Source: Cyanophora paradoxa CCMP329 | Taxonomy: Eukaryota > Plantae > Glaucophyta | DNA: 64,000 bases | Direction of reading: 5' to 3' | Assembly: GCA_004431415.1 (NCBI GenBank) | Contig: QPMI01000418.1 | Coordinates: 57,708 to 121,707, forward strand | Shown here: positions 34,459 to 46,280 of the stretch, piece by piece | How positions within the stretch are numbered: the stretch's first letter is position 1 | How the letters are laid out: each line of letters starts with the position of its first letter | Position numbers and translations under genes: made by a program | The notes under the pieces: model-generated | What the model was told of the DNA's origin: nothing | Seen by the model: only the letters and a program-made list of their open reading frames with translations | Databases searched by the model: none

Positions 34459-37400
34459 TCAATTTCCCTACGCGGTCTGCTGCACCCTCTCCCCCGGCCC
34501 CTCAAACCCGGCCCTAATCCTCGCCTCAGACCGCTACCCTGGCCCCCTGGCTCTCTGGTCCGACCCAATCGACACCCCTCACCCCCACTCCCAGCACGAG
34601 CTGACCCCGGCCCGCACAGGCTTTCCGCGCACCATTAACACCTTTTCCGGAGCACTGCGAGACCTCCGCCGTCATTTCGTCCCGGGCCAGGGCACCACTG
34701 CAGAGTACCGCCAAGCTGTCTTTGCCTCGGATCTCGCCCCTGCAACCCACACCCTCATTTTGGAAACGTGGCTGACTCTAGTCCTCCGCTATGGTATTAG
34801 CGCTGCAATCCAGAGCCGACCCCTCCCTACCATCTTCCTCGCCTCCATCCCTACCCAACTTGGGGACCTGCACCGCGGGTTTGCTCCGCCCGATTCCCCC
34901 AACACCACGTCCTCCCTCTCACCCTCACCCACAGATGGACCCGTGTGTCCCCCCGCACGAAGGAATGGATCCGTCTTCTCTCAGGCGAAAGTCCCGGGGG
35001 CCCGTCCCGCTCCCCTCGCATCTCCCTCTAACCGACCCAGACCCCTTCACCCTCCCCTCCCCCCCCTCGGCTGTCCCACACTCTGCTCTTCCAACCCCCT
35101 GTCATGTACGGAAACAATATGGCAATCCCGAGCAGACACTGCCCTTTCGCTACTCCCCCGCGCCGTACCCGCCGGAATGAGCCCTGCACCCTACCCGCCC
35201 CCGACACCCCGCACGATAGAGCCCCCACACGCCGGAAAACCGCCGTCGCGCCTCCGCGAGCCGCCCGCCTCGCCCCCGATCGTGTCAGCCCCAGACGCCC
35301 TGCAGACGGCGGCCGGTCTCCCCGCCGCCCGCCACCGCACTAGGGCCGAAGCACCAGGGCCCCAATGGACGTCGGCGTCGGGCCCCCGAACGCCACTCGC
35401 CCCGCCCCCGCCCGCGCCAGCCCCGCGCGACCTGCAGGACACCCTCAACCTCCCCGACGCGCAAAGCCGAGCGCGGGCCGATGGACCTTTGCCTGAAGCG
35501 ACACCGCCGTCGAGCCCTCGAGCGCCACCCGCCCCACCCCCGCCCGCGCCAGCCCTGCGCGACCCGCAGGACGCTCTCAGCCCCCCCGACGCCCAAAGCC
35601 GAGCGAGGGCCGATGGACCTGCGCCTGAGGCGAGACCGTCGTCGGGCGCTCGTGCGCCGCCCGCCTCGTCTCCGCCCGCACCAGCCCCGCGTGACGTGCG
35701 GGACGTCCCCAACCTCCCCGACGCCCAAAGCCGCGCGAGGGCCAATGGGCCTGCGCCTGAGGCGAGACCGTCGTCGGGCGCCCGTGCTGACGGACCTGGA
35801 TCTGAAGTGAAGCCGCCGCCGGGCCCCCGCGCGCCGCCCGTCTCGCCCCCGCTCGCGCCGGCGCCGCGCCACCTACAGACTGTTGTCGGCCCCCCCGCGG
35901 CCCGGCGCCGCGCTCGTGCCGACGGACCTGGACCTGAGGTGAAGCCGCCACCGAGCCCCAGCGCGTCGCCCGTCTCGCCTCCGCCCGCGCCGGCGCAGCG
36001 TGACCTGCAGAACGCCGTCGGCTTCCCCGCTACCCCGCCCCGCGCCCGTGCTGGCGGACCTGGACCTGCAGAGAATCCGCCGCCGGGCCCCCGCGCGCCG
36101 CCCGCCTCGCCTCCGCTCGCGCCGGCGCCGCGCGACCTGCAGGCCGTTATCGGCCTCCCCGCTGCCCGGCGCCGCGCTCGTGCCAACGGACCTGGACCTG
36201 AGGTGACGCCGTCGCCGAACCCCAGCGCGTCGCCCGTCTCGCCTCCGCCCGCGCCGGCGCCGCGCGACCTGCAGGACGCTGTCGACTTCCCTGCTGCCCG
36301 GCGCCGCGCCCGCGCTGACGAACCTGGACCTGAAGTGAAGCCGCCGCCAGGCCCCAGCGCGCCGCCCGTCTCGCCTTCGCCCGCGCCGGCGCCGCGCGAC
36401 CTGCAGGACGCTGTCGGCTTCCCCGCTGCCCGGCGCCGCGCCCGTGATGACGGACCCGGACCCGAAGTGAAGCCGCTGCCGGGCCCCAGCGCGCCGCCCG
36501 TCTCGCCTCCGCCCGCGCCGGTGCCGCGCGACCTGCAGGACGCGGTTGGCCTCCCCGCCGCCCGGCGCCGCGCCCGCGCTGACGGACCTGGACCTGAAGC
36601 GAAGCCGCCACCGGGCCTCAGAGCGCCGCCCGTCTCGCTCCCGCCCACGCCGCGCGACCTGCAGGACGCTGTTGGCCCGGCGGCTCGGTGCCGCGCCCGC
36701 GACGACTGTTCGATCCCTAGAGCAAACCTAGGGTTGCAGCAGTGTTCCGGAGGCCCGTCTGCAACGCCTCGCCCATCGAACACGTCGCCAGGCCCGCCGC
36801 AAGAGGTCAATCCCCGTCGTGATGCTGTTGTCGCTGCCGCGCCACGCCGCGCTGCCCGCCTCGGCATCCAGCAGGCCGCGCAAGTACTTTCGCAGCTCAG
36901 TCGCCGTGTCTGCATCTGGAGCACCCCCTGGACCACGGTCGCTAGACCGTGCTACGGCATGCTCCAGAACTTGATCGCTGGACTGGAGCACGGAAGCCCC
37001 ATCAGAGCCGTCGCATACTGCAGTAGCCGGTGGAGCTTCCCTCTCCGGTCGGAAAGTCCCAGGGCCCCGGACGAACCTGCGCCTACCGGTACCCCCACCG
37101 CGTGCCGTCAAAAAATCCCAACGCGAACAGGTTTTTTTATTCATTCGATTGGTGAATCGGACAATAATTCGAAGCGGCCCAGTACCTCCGCAATCCGCGA
37201 TTGGGGCTTGAATAGCTGCACTATAGCTAGTAACACTAACCCCGCGTCCGGCCACGTGCCGGGGTCTAGCTGTAACACCGATACTACCATTGCAGGTTAC
37301 GCAGCTAGCACTGGCGCCCACGCTAGTGCTGGCCCCACCAACACCGGCGCCTCGAGCTCAGACGCAGCGCTGCATGACGCCGAGAGTTGTCGTACGAACC

Positions 37401-40400
37401 ACGCGTACGGATCCGGACGTGTACTAGCCATGTGTACGGCTGCGTACCTCGCAGTCAGCCCCCGTGCTAGCGCCCACGTGCACGCTAGCGCTGGCCTCGC
37501 CGACGCAGGCGTCACGGACTCTGCGCCGCTTGATGTCGACGCCGGTCTCGAGCTCCTGGGCCGGCGCCGGCCTGCGCGCCGCGCCCCACACACCCAACGG
37601 TCCTTCAGCCGCCCGGCCCCTCTCCCCACGCGCCTCCTCCTCTGTGTTCTCCTCGCCGCCCTTGCCCCCGTCGCCCTTGCGGACATCGAGCCCAGCACAG
37701 CAACGGCCGCCGCAGTCGCTACCGCCGCCGCCGCCCTCTCCTCTCCGCCACTAGTCACGGCGGCCTCGTCCCTTCTAACATTATACCCTCCCTCTCTGTA
37801 CACCGCTGACCGTATTGACGCTCGCCACCACCGTGATGCGCTCCAGATCCCTGTCCTAGCACACCCCCCGGACGCGGCAAATGCGAAGCTGAACCTCCGC
37901 GCCCTCACGTGGAATATTCGCCGCTTGGAGGGGAAGGCGAGCGGCAACAATATTGCAACTAAATTTATCAGCGCAATTGACTATGGCCGCCGTGACTGGG
38001 ACTGCCACTTCGTTGCTCTTCAAGAGGTCGACATGGTCCCTACCGACCGCCCCCCCTCGAAGCCCTTTCCGCCCAATATCCGCGATCACCTGATTATGAC
38101 AGCAGTCCGCCGCCATAAATCTAGCTACCTTGTCTACTCTCCTCCATCCGCGGCCCGCCCTGGCACCGCCGGCTCCGCGCTGTGGATCTCAGCAAGCTAT
38201 GCAGCGCACCGCCAGGCGGATTACGCGTTTGACGGCCGAGTAGCCGGCGCCCGGTTTGACTTCCCGCGCACGCGCGAGCGCCTCATTGTCCTCTCACTCT
38301 ACGTACCGGACTGCGGGCACGACAATTTGCAAAAAGAGCTCCACGACCTCACCGAATACCTGACCGCGAAGGTCGCACCTGACCTCCACGAGCCTGACTG
38401 GCAGACGCATCTCCTGGTACTCGGCGATATGAATAGCACATACTCTCCGTGCAACGACCGGATCACCGGGGGCAACCGGCGCACTGAAACTATCCCCCCG
38501 AACTCCTACGCAGAAATATGGACCCTTTTCCGCGAGACCTGGGGTCTTTATGATACCGGAACCCCGGGCGATTTCACACATGTTTCCCGCCACGCCGACT
38601 TTCTTGACGATCAGGGCCACCGCCCCCTCCTGGACGCCGCCCGCATCGACTACGCCCTTGCCTCCCCCACTCTTGCGGCCCGATCACTAGGGACTCGCAC
38701 GCTCTATGTCCCTGGCCGACCGTCCCCTTTACTCACAGCCGACCATCTCCCCGTACTTGCGACCTTCAAAACCGAAGGCGTGCTCTCTGCCCCCCCTACG
38801 GAGCCCCGCCAGCCCCGATTCCAACCTCTCCCTCCTCTCTTCAACTATGCCGCCCAACCTGCACCCATCCGACTTGCTTTCAAGCTCGCTGTCGAAACTT
38901 TTCTCAATAAACACGGCCAGCGGTATATCCAGCTCCTTCTCACTCCCGAGAGCAGCCCCGACTACGCCCAACGCGCCACGAAATCCCACCGCTCCCTCCT
39001 CTGTGCTATCGCCCAAAGTATCAAGTCCGTCGCCCATTCCCAAGAATTCTCTACTGCTAAAGTCCTCCAACACCGCGTAGCTGCCCAGGGAGATATGGCT
39101 AAGTTCAACCATCTATCTGCACTGGACGCTGACGACGAACAACTCGTTGGCCGCGTTGGACAGGCCTTACATGACTGGGCGCACCAAGGCTCCACAGACC
39201 ACCCGCCTGACGAGACTATCCGGGCCGTCCTCCGGGACCTTCCCAAAGACGTGACGGACATCCGAAAAGCTGCGGGCTCGGACACCACACTGACATTCTG
39301 CCCCTCCCTCCTCGCTTTCCCCGACCCTCCCACTTACCCTGAATTCGAGAATGGTACCATCACAGGCTCTGAAATCGCCGAGTACCATACTCAACTAAGT
39401 ACATGGCACTTACAGGCGCGGGCCGCCCTGGACAATCATCGCCGCGCATACACCGAAGCCGACATCGCTCGCAATATTGACACCCGCCGCCACCTCCTGT
39501 CCCACTGTCGAAGCATGGGTCGGGCTATTCAACTCCTTCTCTCCCGCTTCCGATCCGCCCCTCGCCTGTATCTTACCCGCACGGCAGCGGGACTCCCCGA
39601 AGTGCTCACTGATCCCAATGAAATTAAACGCGCACATCTGGATCACTTCAAAAATTTCTGGCGACTCCGCAAGGCTGCCCCAAACCTGGATGCCATAACT
39701 ACGAAATTCGCGGACATTGAAAACGGCGCCTGGTTGGGCAGATTTTGGAAACGCCAGTACCGACCCCTTTCCCACTTCACCCCCGCCGTCTGGGACGGAC
39801 TAATGGCCATGCCAGAGGACCCCGAACTCGATCGCCTCATCTCGTCCCTGTCCAATGGTGCAGGCGGTCCCTCCGGCCTCACGAACGGAATGATTAAAAT
39901 GCTCTGGTCCCCCCTCCGCCTCTCCAAGACGGAACGCCAGGCCTTAGCCGCCTCACACTCTACCGACGAGATAAACAGCTTCGAGTCCGCGGCTCACTGG
40001 ACCACCTCGCGCGACGCTATCCGAGCTCTAGTCCAATCCACTCTTCTCGGCCACGTGCCCGACCACGCACTTCGCGGTCAAGTCTACGCTATCCCGAAAC
40101 GTGAGAATTCAGCAGATCTTGCCGATCTCCGCCCCATCACCCTTCAAGAAGTCACTTGGAAGCTGGTCACGGGCCTCCTGACCCACCGCATGGAAGACCG
40201 CATCGACACACATAACATACTACGCGGCCGCAACTATGGTTTTTGTCGCCGCGAATCTACCGACCCTGTTCTCTACGCCCTCCGATCCTCCCTCGAGGAC
40301 GCGCACCAGTTCAAAAAGCCAATCTTCGGCGGCCTGGGGGATATTGCCAGCGCCTACGACAGTGTCTCCTGGCATAGCCAAGAGCTCAGCCTTAATCGTA

Positions 40401-43400
40401 TCCAACTCCACCTCCATCCTGAAGGAAAACGCTATATAGCTCTCCACAAAAAAGCAGCTCAACACCGCACGGCGTGCATCCTTACCCCCCACGGCCGCAC
40501 GGACTATTTTCAAGTCCCCTGTGGCCTCCCCCAAGGAGGCATCGAAGCCCCTCTCCACTGGCGCATTTTCTTCGACGCCGCTCTCACCGCCATAGAAGAA
40601 CGAGCGACTCAGTCCAATTTCGGCTACCAGCTCGGGCCGCACCGATCTGACCCTACCCGCCCCCGTTCCCCCCGCCCACCATGTCCTGGCGAACCCCTCT
40701 ACTTCCCCGCCGGTCCCTGCCCCACAGTCTCTGTGCTCGCATACGCCGATGACACCACCATGCTTGCCAGCTCGGCTCAGGGTCTCCAACATATGCTTGA
40801 CTGGTTGTCCGAATTTCTCCATATCCATGGCATGAACCTGAACGCCAAAAAGACGGAAATTTTCCACTGGAAACCCCCCCGATCCGAAGCGCCAGTCAAG
40901 AGCAAATATTATGTCGGCGTCGGCGATTCCAGAGCTGAGGTTGGCCACATCCTCTCCCCCACAACACCATTCCGCGTCCTCGGCGTACAGTTTACGGCGA
41001 ACCTGTCTTGGACCCACCAAGTCCGTCTACTCAAGTCCCAGCTCCAGTCCGCAATCTCCGTCCTAGCAGCAAAGAAGATTACCGTCCACGAATTCCAAGT
41101 GATCCTACATCGGGTTCTCTTCCCCAAACTGGCATACCCTCTCCGCATCATGACCTTAACGCCATCCCAATGCCAATCCCTCGACGCTGTCTGGCTCACC
41201 GCGGCCAAACACACGGCCAACCTGGCCCAGTCCATTTCCACGGCTGCCTTCTCTTCCATCTATCGCCTTCCCTCAATAGCTGTCATCCAACGCCAACAGC
41301 AGTGCGTCGACGAGCGCCTCCGCCAAGAACTAGCCTCTCACACATCATCACTCTACGGCCAAATATACCGACAACGTGTCCTCGACACCCAGGCCCGATA
41401 CGGGCTTCCCCTTCTCCCACACGAATATCCGAACCTTCCCTCGGGGCCCCTCACACTACAGAAAAATATTACGCTTGCCATCACGGCAGACCTGACCTCC
41501 ACCTCCCATCACATCCTCACAACGTGCGACTCCTGGACACATGGCCTCCCCTCCCGCCGCTCCCATCTTCGACGAGAATATATTATATCAACGCAATTGT
41601 CGCCCCTCACCCTCCAACAAGCCGGCCAGCGACTCTATCGCTGCGGCCTCCTCACAATCCGCGACATCACGGCCCCTGACGGCTCCCTTGCCGAATGGCC
41701 CCTCCTCTGGAGTCACGGCCGTGTCCCGGCATACTACAAACGTGCCCCCTCCTGGTGGGACGCTGTCCGCGAAGAACTCTCTCTTCCCCGCCCCTCCACC
41801 CGGTCCCCTTTCCTCCCCCGCCACCGTATGCCTCCGCCGCCCTCTATCCCAGACATTCGTCGCTCTCTCCAAGCTAATGCCGTCCTTGCGGGACTCAACA
41901 TTGGTGACTTTGTCTGGACATCCCAAGGCCTGGTCGGCCGCGTCGTGGGGAAACCCCCTATCCCAGACGAAAACCCGGACGAACTAGCCTCGGAGGACTC
42001 CGATGCGGATCCTAACTGCCCCCGAGATTCAGAGTATAACTATGGGGTGGAACTCGTCCATTACTGCCTCACCCCATATGATGGTTTCTCCATGCGCGAC
42101 CCCGGTCTATCGGCGCTTGAGCTCGACCCCGCCTGGCGTGAACGCAGACTGGAATTCCAATTTTGCCCTCACCCAAAATACTGCGGCTCTGAACAGCTTC
42201 ATCGCGAGCTGGGCCTATCTACGACTGCTTGCCGATGGGTCGAGTACGCATCTCACGTCCGCCGAATCCCGGCAGGCTCGTCGTGCGAATCGAAGGGCTG
42301 GTCTCCGAGCCTCTCCAATCTCAATAGGCCGGTGCCCACCCACTCCCGGCAACTGCCCGACTCCACCTCCGCTTTCACATGCTCCCACTCTAGAGGGCAG
42401 CAGCCCTCCCGTGCTCAACCCACACGAGCAGCTAAAAAGGCCCGCCTTGACCCCTCCTCAGCTACCCCTCCTGCTCAATATGACCCAGAACTCCCCCCTC
42501 CCAACCTCCCCCGCGAAATCACACACATTGGCTTCATCGACCTCTGGCTCCGGGAAACCGACTGGTGGGACTCTTTCCGAGCGGAGGCCCAGGCTACCAA
42601 TGTTGCCCTCGAGAGACGCCCACGCCTTATGACCCCAGCATCACAAGCCGACCGCGACTTCTATGAATCCCCGGCCGGGCTCGACTTCCTTTTCACTACC
42701 TCTCGAGCCCTTTTCGCAGAGCTCTGCCCTACACTCCGCGCACTCAACTCCCCGCCCCTTCCCTCCGGACCTACTCCCCGGGTAATATACACGGACGCCA
42801 GCACACAAAAACAGGGCTCCGCCTCCGTCCGAACCACTTACGCCGGCCTTGCACCCCTCGAAAGTAATCCCGACCTGCCTGACAAAATCGAGTTCGCCCA
42901 CCGTCTCCCCGGCGTCCAACACAACGTGAACCTGGGAGAGCTAGCAGGCACAATCTCCGCAGCATTCACGTATTTCGGGCCCACGGGCGGGAAAATTATC
43001 ACGGACAGTCAGAACACTATCCGAGCCCTGACAGCCTTCGCCTTTCAAGACCCTTCATCTTTCTCCCATCCCATCAACTTCCGCACCCTGCTCCGCCGAG
43101 AAGACGGGGCCCTTCTCCTCAACGCTCGAACGCAATACGCCATTCGTATCGCCCAAGACCCGAACTTCCAAGTCACGCTTCAGTGGGTCCCCTCTCACCA
43201 ACCAAAGACCATCCCGCGGCCACCTGCAACGGCTCAGACACCAACGACGACCCGCCGCCCGGCCCCCTCTTCCCCCCGCCGACCCCGTGTCCCCCTCAGC
43301 GGACCAGCTGCCCCCCTACCTACCGCCCCGCAGACGTTCTCTGCCTCGGCTCCTTACCACTATATTGGTGGAATGGACATCCCCGATGCCCGCCTCCTTT

Positions 43401-45364
43401 TTTCGGACGACTCCCCCCCACCCCTCCCCCCGTCCCTATTCTCGTCCCTCTTCCCGCCTCGCCGGCACATTCACACATATATTCTCGCTGACAGCCCCGC
43501 CGACTACCATTTCCTCCGATGCCAAGCGGACCTCGTTGACTATATAGACGCATCTGAGACTACCAACACCCACCTGGTCCTCGACCTCGTCCCCCTCGCG
43601 TCCGCCAGACTTGAACGCGCCTTCACGGCGGCGGAAACCGTCATCTGGAACCGCTGCATCCGACTTCCCAAGGATCATGCTCTCTTCCCCTCCGACGAAC
43701 ACCTGACCATTGTCTCGGACTGCGACATCCTCCGAGCCTACTCCGCTTTCCTTGAAGCCTTAGGACGCAGAGACATCACTCACAGCATCTCCTTCCAGTG
43801 CTGCTCCCCCCCCAACCCAATCTTCCTTCAACCACTCCCCGAGGACGCCCCTGATGTTGACTACCCTGATCCCGGGCCCACAAGGAAACTCGCCCTCGAC
43901 TATTACTTAGCCCATCCTAGGGTTTCCGGCCCCACCTGGCATTTCTACCCCACTTCCCTCTGCAAACCCGCTGTCCCCGCCGACCGTGACACGCCTCTCC
44001 CCGCCTGGTACTGGGACGAAGATCTTACACTCGCCCCCCCCTCCCCGACCGAGGCTGGCACCCCCCTGATCGCGTACCACCGTTGCGACCCTGGCATGTG
44101 GGGCGTTCCTATTTCCTCCCTGATCGCAGAACAATGGGCACGGGGACCCGCCCTGTCCTGCCCGCACTGCCACCCCACCCCCGCCCCGCCTGGCCCCCCA
44201 CCCACGTTCCCTCTCCGCGACCAAACCGGCGCCCTTCCTGTTTTATTCGAACGCTATGGACGCCGAGCCATCCCTTACTCAACTGCCATCGACCCTGACG
44301 GCCCCAGGTATGATCGCCGAGTACTTCCCCTCCTCGACGGCATAAAATCTCGCCTGGCTGCCCTTAAAGCGGCCCCTCTCTCCCTCATCGACCCCAACCC
44401 TCGGTCTGGGGCCCACCTGGCCACACCCGTTCTCCTCGCACAACCCATACCTGCAGAACCCGTCGACGCTTTCTTCAGACTTCTTCAAAACCGACAAGTC
44501 TCTTTCCGCCTGCATGCCCCGACCACCCCCAAGTGCCTCTTCCTCTCGTCCTCCCACGCAACCTCGATCCTCATGGGCACAGCCCCCACTGCCCTCTCTC
44601 TCAAGGCCCGCGCAGGCCAGCCACACCTGGACCGACCCTACGTCCCGCACCCTTTCTCCCCAACGGAATACGATTATATTCTCCTCCCCCTGCCCCCCTC
44701 TGGGTCCCGACCCTGGCGACTAGCAATCATCTCGGCCCGCCTCCGCGAAATCCGCATCCTGGACGTCACCCGCAAACCCGCCTCCGACGTCACGGCCCCT
44801 CTTAAAGACTGGGTCATCAGCTGGTGGACGGCGACTCTCCGCCCCGGCGACCCCTCCCCACGCTCGGCCTGGAAGTACGACACCAGCACCTTCCCCACAC
44901 AAGCCTGGAAAAACGTTCACACGGGTGAAGACGCTCTCTTCGTCATGACCGCTGCTGAGTTCATTGGCCGCGGTGAGGAAGTCCACCTGTATGGCAAAGG
45001 ACGGGGCCGTCCTATCCCCTTCCACGCCCCCATCTACCGGGAGCGTTGGGCGGCCGCTCTCCTTCTCCGGGACCCTGAGGTTCTCCTGGGGACAGTCCAG
45101 GCTAACGACCCGGCATTCACAACAAAACGACAGCGCATGACCCCGCGCACCAGCTCCCGCCCCTCCCAGCACACGGCAGCCAAAGCCCGCCGTCCGGTCA
45201 GACGCAAGCGAGACCCCACCCCTCCTCCCTTCCGTCCTCCCTCTCCCCCCGTCCCTTACACCGGTAACCCCCGGTCCCCAATTCCCCTCCCTCCCCCACA
45301 GCCCCCACCCCCCCCACCCTGCCCTTCCCCACCCCCACGCCCCCGGCGCCCGAGGCCCGATTAA
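34459..45364 (+). CDS. A0 polyprotein segment 4: repeat array, APE endonuclease, reverse transcriptase, RNase H (N-part), inserted domains
   Basis: 3663-aa ORF 34373..45364; in frame with segment 3 across the B TSD (SLLNCR-QFP). The stop at 45364 follows C-run frameshifts that A1/A3 read through. Confidence 0.9.
35290..36705 (+). repeat. 126-bp coding repeat array (~11 units)
   Basis: Same unit family as the earlier arrays. Confidence 0.9.
37889..38767 (+). other. APE (apurinic-like) endonuclease domain of A0
   Basis: LTWNI, ALQEVD, LSLYVP, VLGDMN, FTH, ARIDY, ADHLPV motifs. Confidence 0.92.
40060..41010 (+). other. Non-LTR reverse transcriptase domain of A0
   Basis: AIPK, LRPITLQE, NYGF, DIASAYDSV, GLPQGG, YADD (40742-40753), NAKKT, FRVLG. 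Confidence 0.96.
44380..45090 (+). other. Ulp1/C48-like pseudo-protease domain (catalytic His and Cys absent)
   Basis: PVDAFFRLL, CLFLSSS, YILLPL...PWRLAII...IRILDV, TQ...GEDALFVM, YRERW align motif by motif with the downstream domain. Confidence 0.55.
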
Positions 45365-45549
45365 CTACTTCCCCAGGCCGAACCCCCGCTCACCCGACTG
45401 AATTTCCCCTCCCTCGCCCCCTGACGCTGGCGGAGAAAAGTTGGCTGGGGAATGCCTTCCGGTTTGCAGACAATGATTACTGCGCGGAGCAAATTCTCAT
45501 GTCAAAACCCCCCCTCCCACCCGCCCCCCGACCTGACCCTCATCGTCAC

Positions 45550-46280
45550 TCCCTCATTCGACGAGGCGACCTTATCCACCTCCGGCCGCATGCCGCCCTC
45601 AGCCTCCCCCTTGTGGAAGCTTTCCTTGACAGGCTCTCCTCCCGTGAAGCCGCCCTGGCCTCGCCTCACCCTGCCTACTTCCTGTCGTCCAGCTCCTATC
45701 CCGCTAGTGCAGCCTCCCAATTTGACTCTCAGGGCTCTGCCCTTCTCCCCCTGCACCAATACCTTCCCCCCGGACGCCTTCTCGATGCCCGCCTTGTCCT
45801 TGTCCCCATCCTTACCTATCGCCCCACTCATCATACCCCACCAGCCCCCTCGCCGACCCTTCCCTCAGGCAGATCCCGGCACCCTCCGGTCCCCCCGGGA
45901 CACTGGCACCTACTCGCTTTATTTCCTCAGACGCGCTCGTTCTACATTCACAACGGCTCCCTCGACGTCCCTGATCACCTTGTCTCCTTTGCACAAGACT
46001 TGGCCGCCACTTGGAGTCACCGCGACTCTGGTTCCCCCCTCCCCCTCACTCCATTCTGCAGATGGACCTATTTACGCCCGGAGACATCCCTATCCGTTCT
46101 CCAGCCCCCCAACAGCACGGCCTGCGGCCCTCTCCTCCTCCTCACAGCCGACCTACTCAGTCGCTCCTCAGCACTTGCCCCGTCGGACTTGCCCCGCCCC
46201 CCAGCCTATATTCAGGTCGACAATGCATCGCTCCGCAGATATCGTGAATATATTGCCCTCAGCCTCTGCTACGGGTCCGT
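45550..46280 (+). other. Ulp1/SENP-like (peptidase C48, clan CE) cysteine protease domain
   Basis: DLIHLRP..LSLPLVEAFL, LVLVPI...GHWHLLAL...FYIHNGSLD...LQPPNSTACG; His codon 45901, Gln 46102, Cys 46123; retained in A1 and A3. Confidence 0.8.

Noticed and set aside
44159-44173. CPHCH (and CPFCH ~47238) as c-type heme motifs
   Set aside because: Retroelement context favours zinc-binding CxxC pairs
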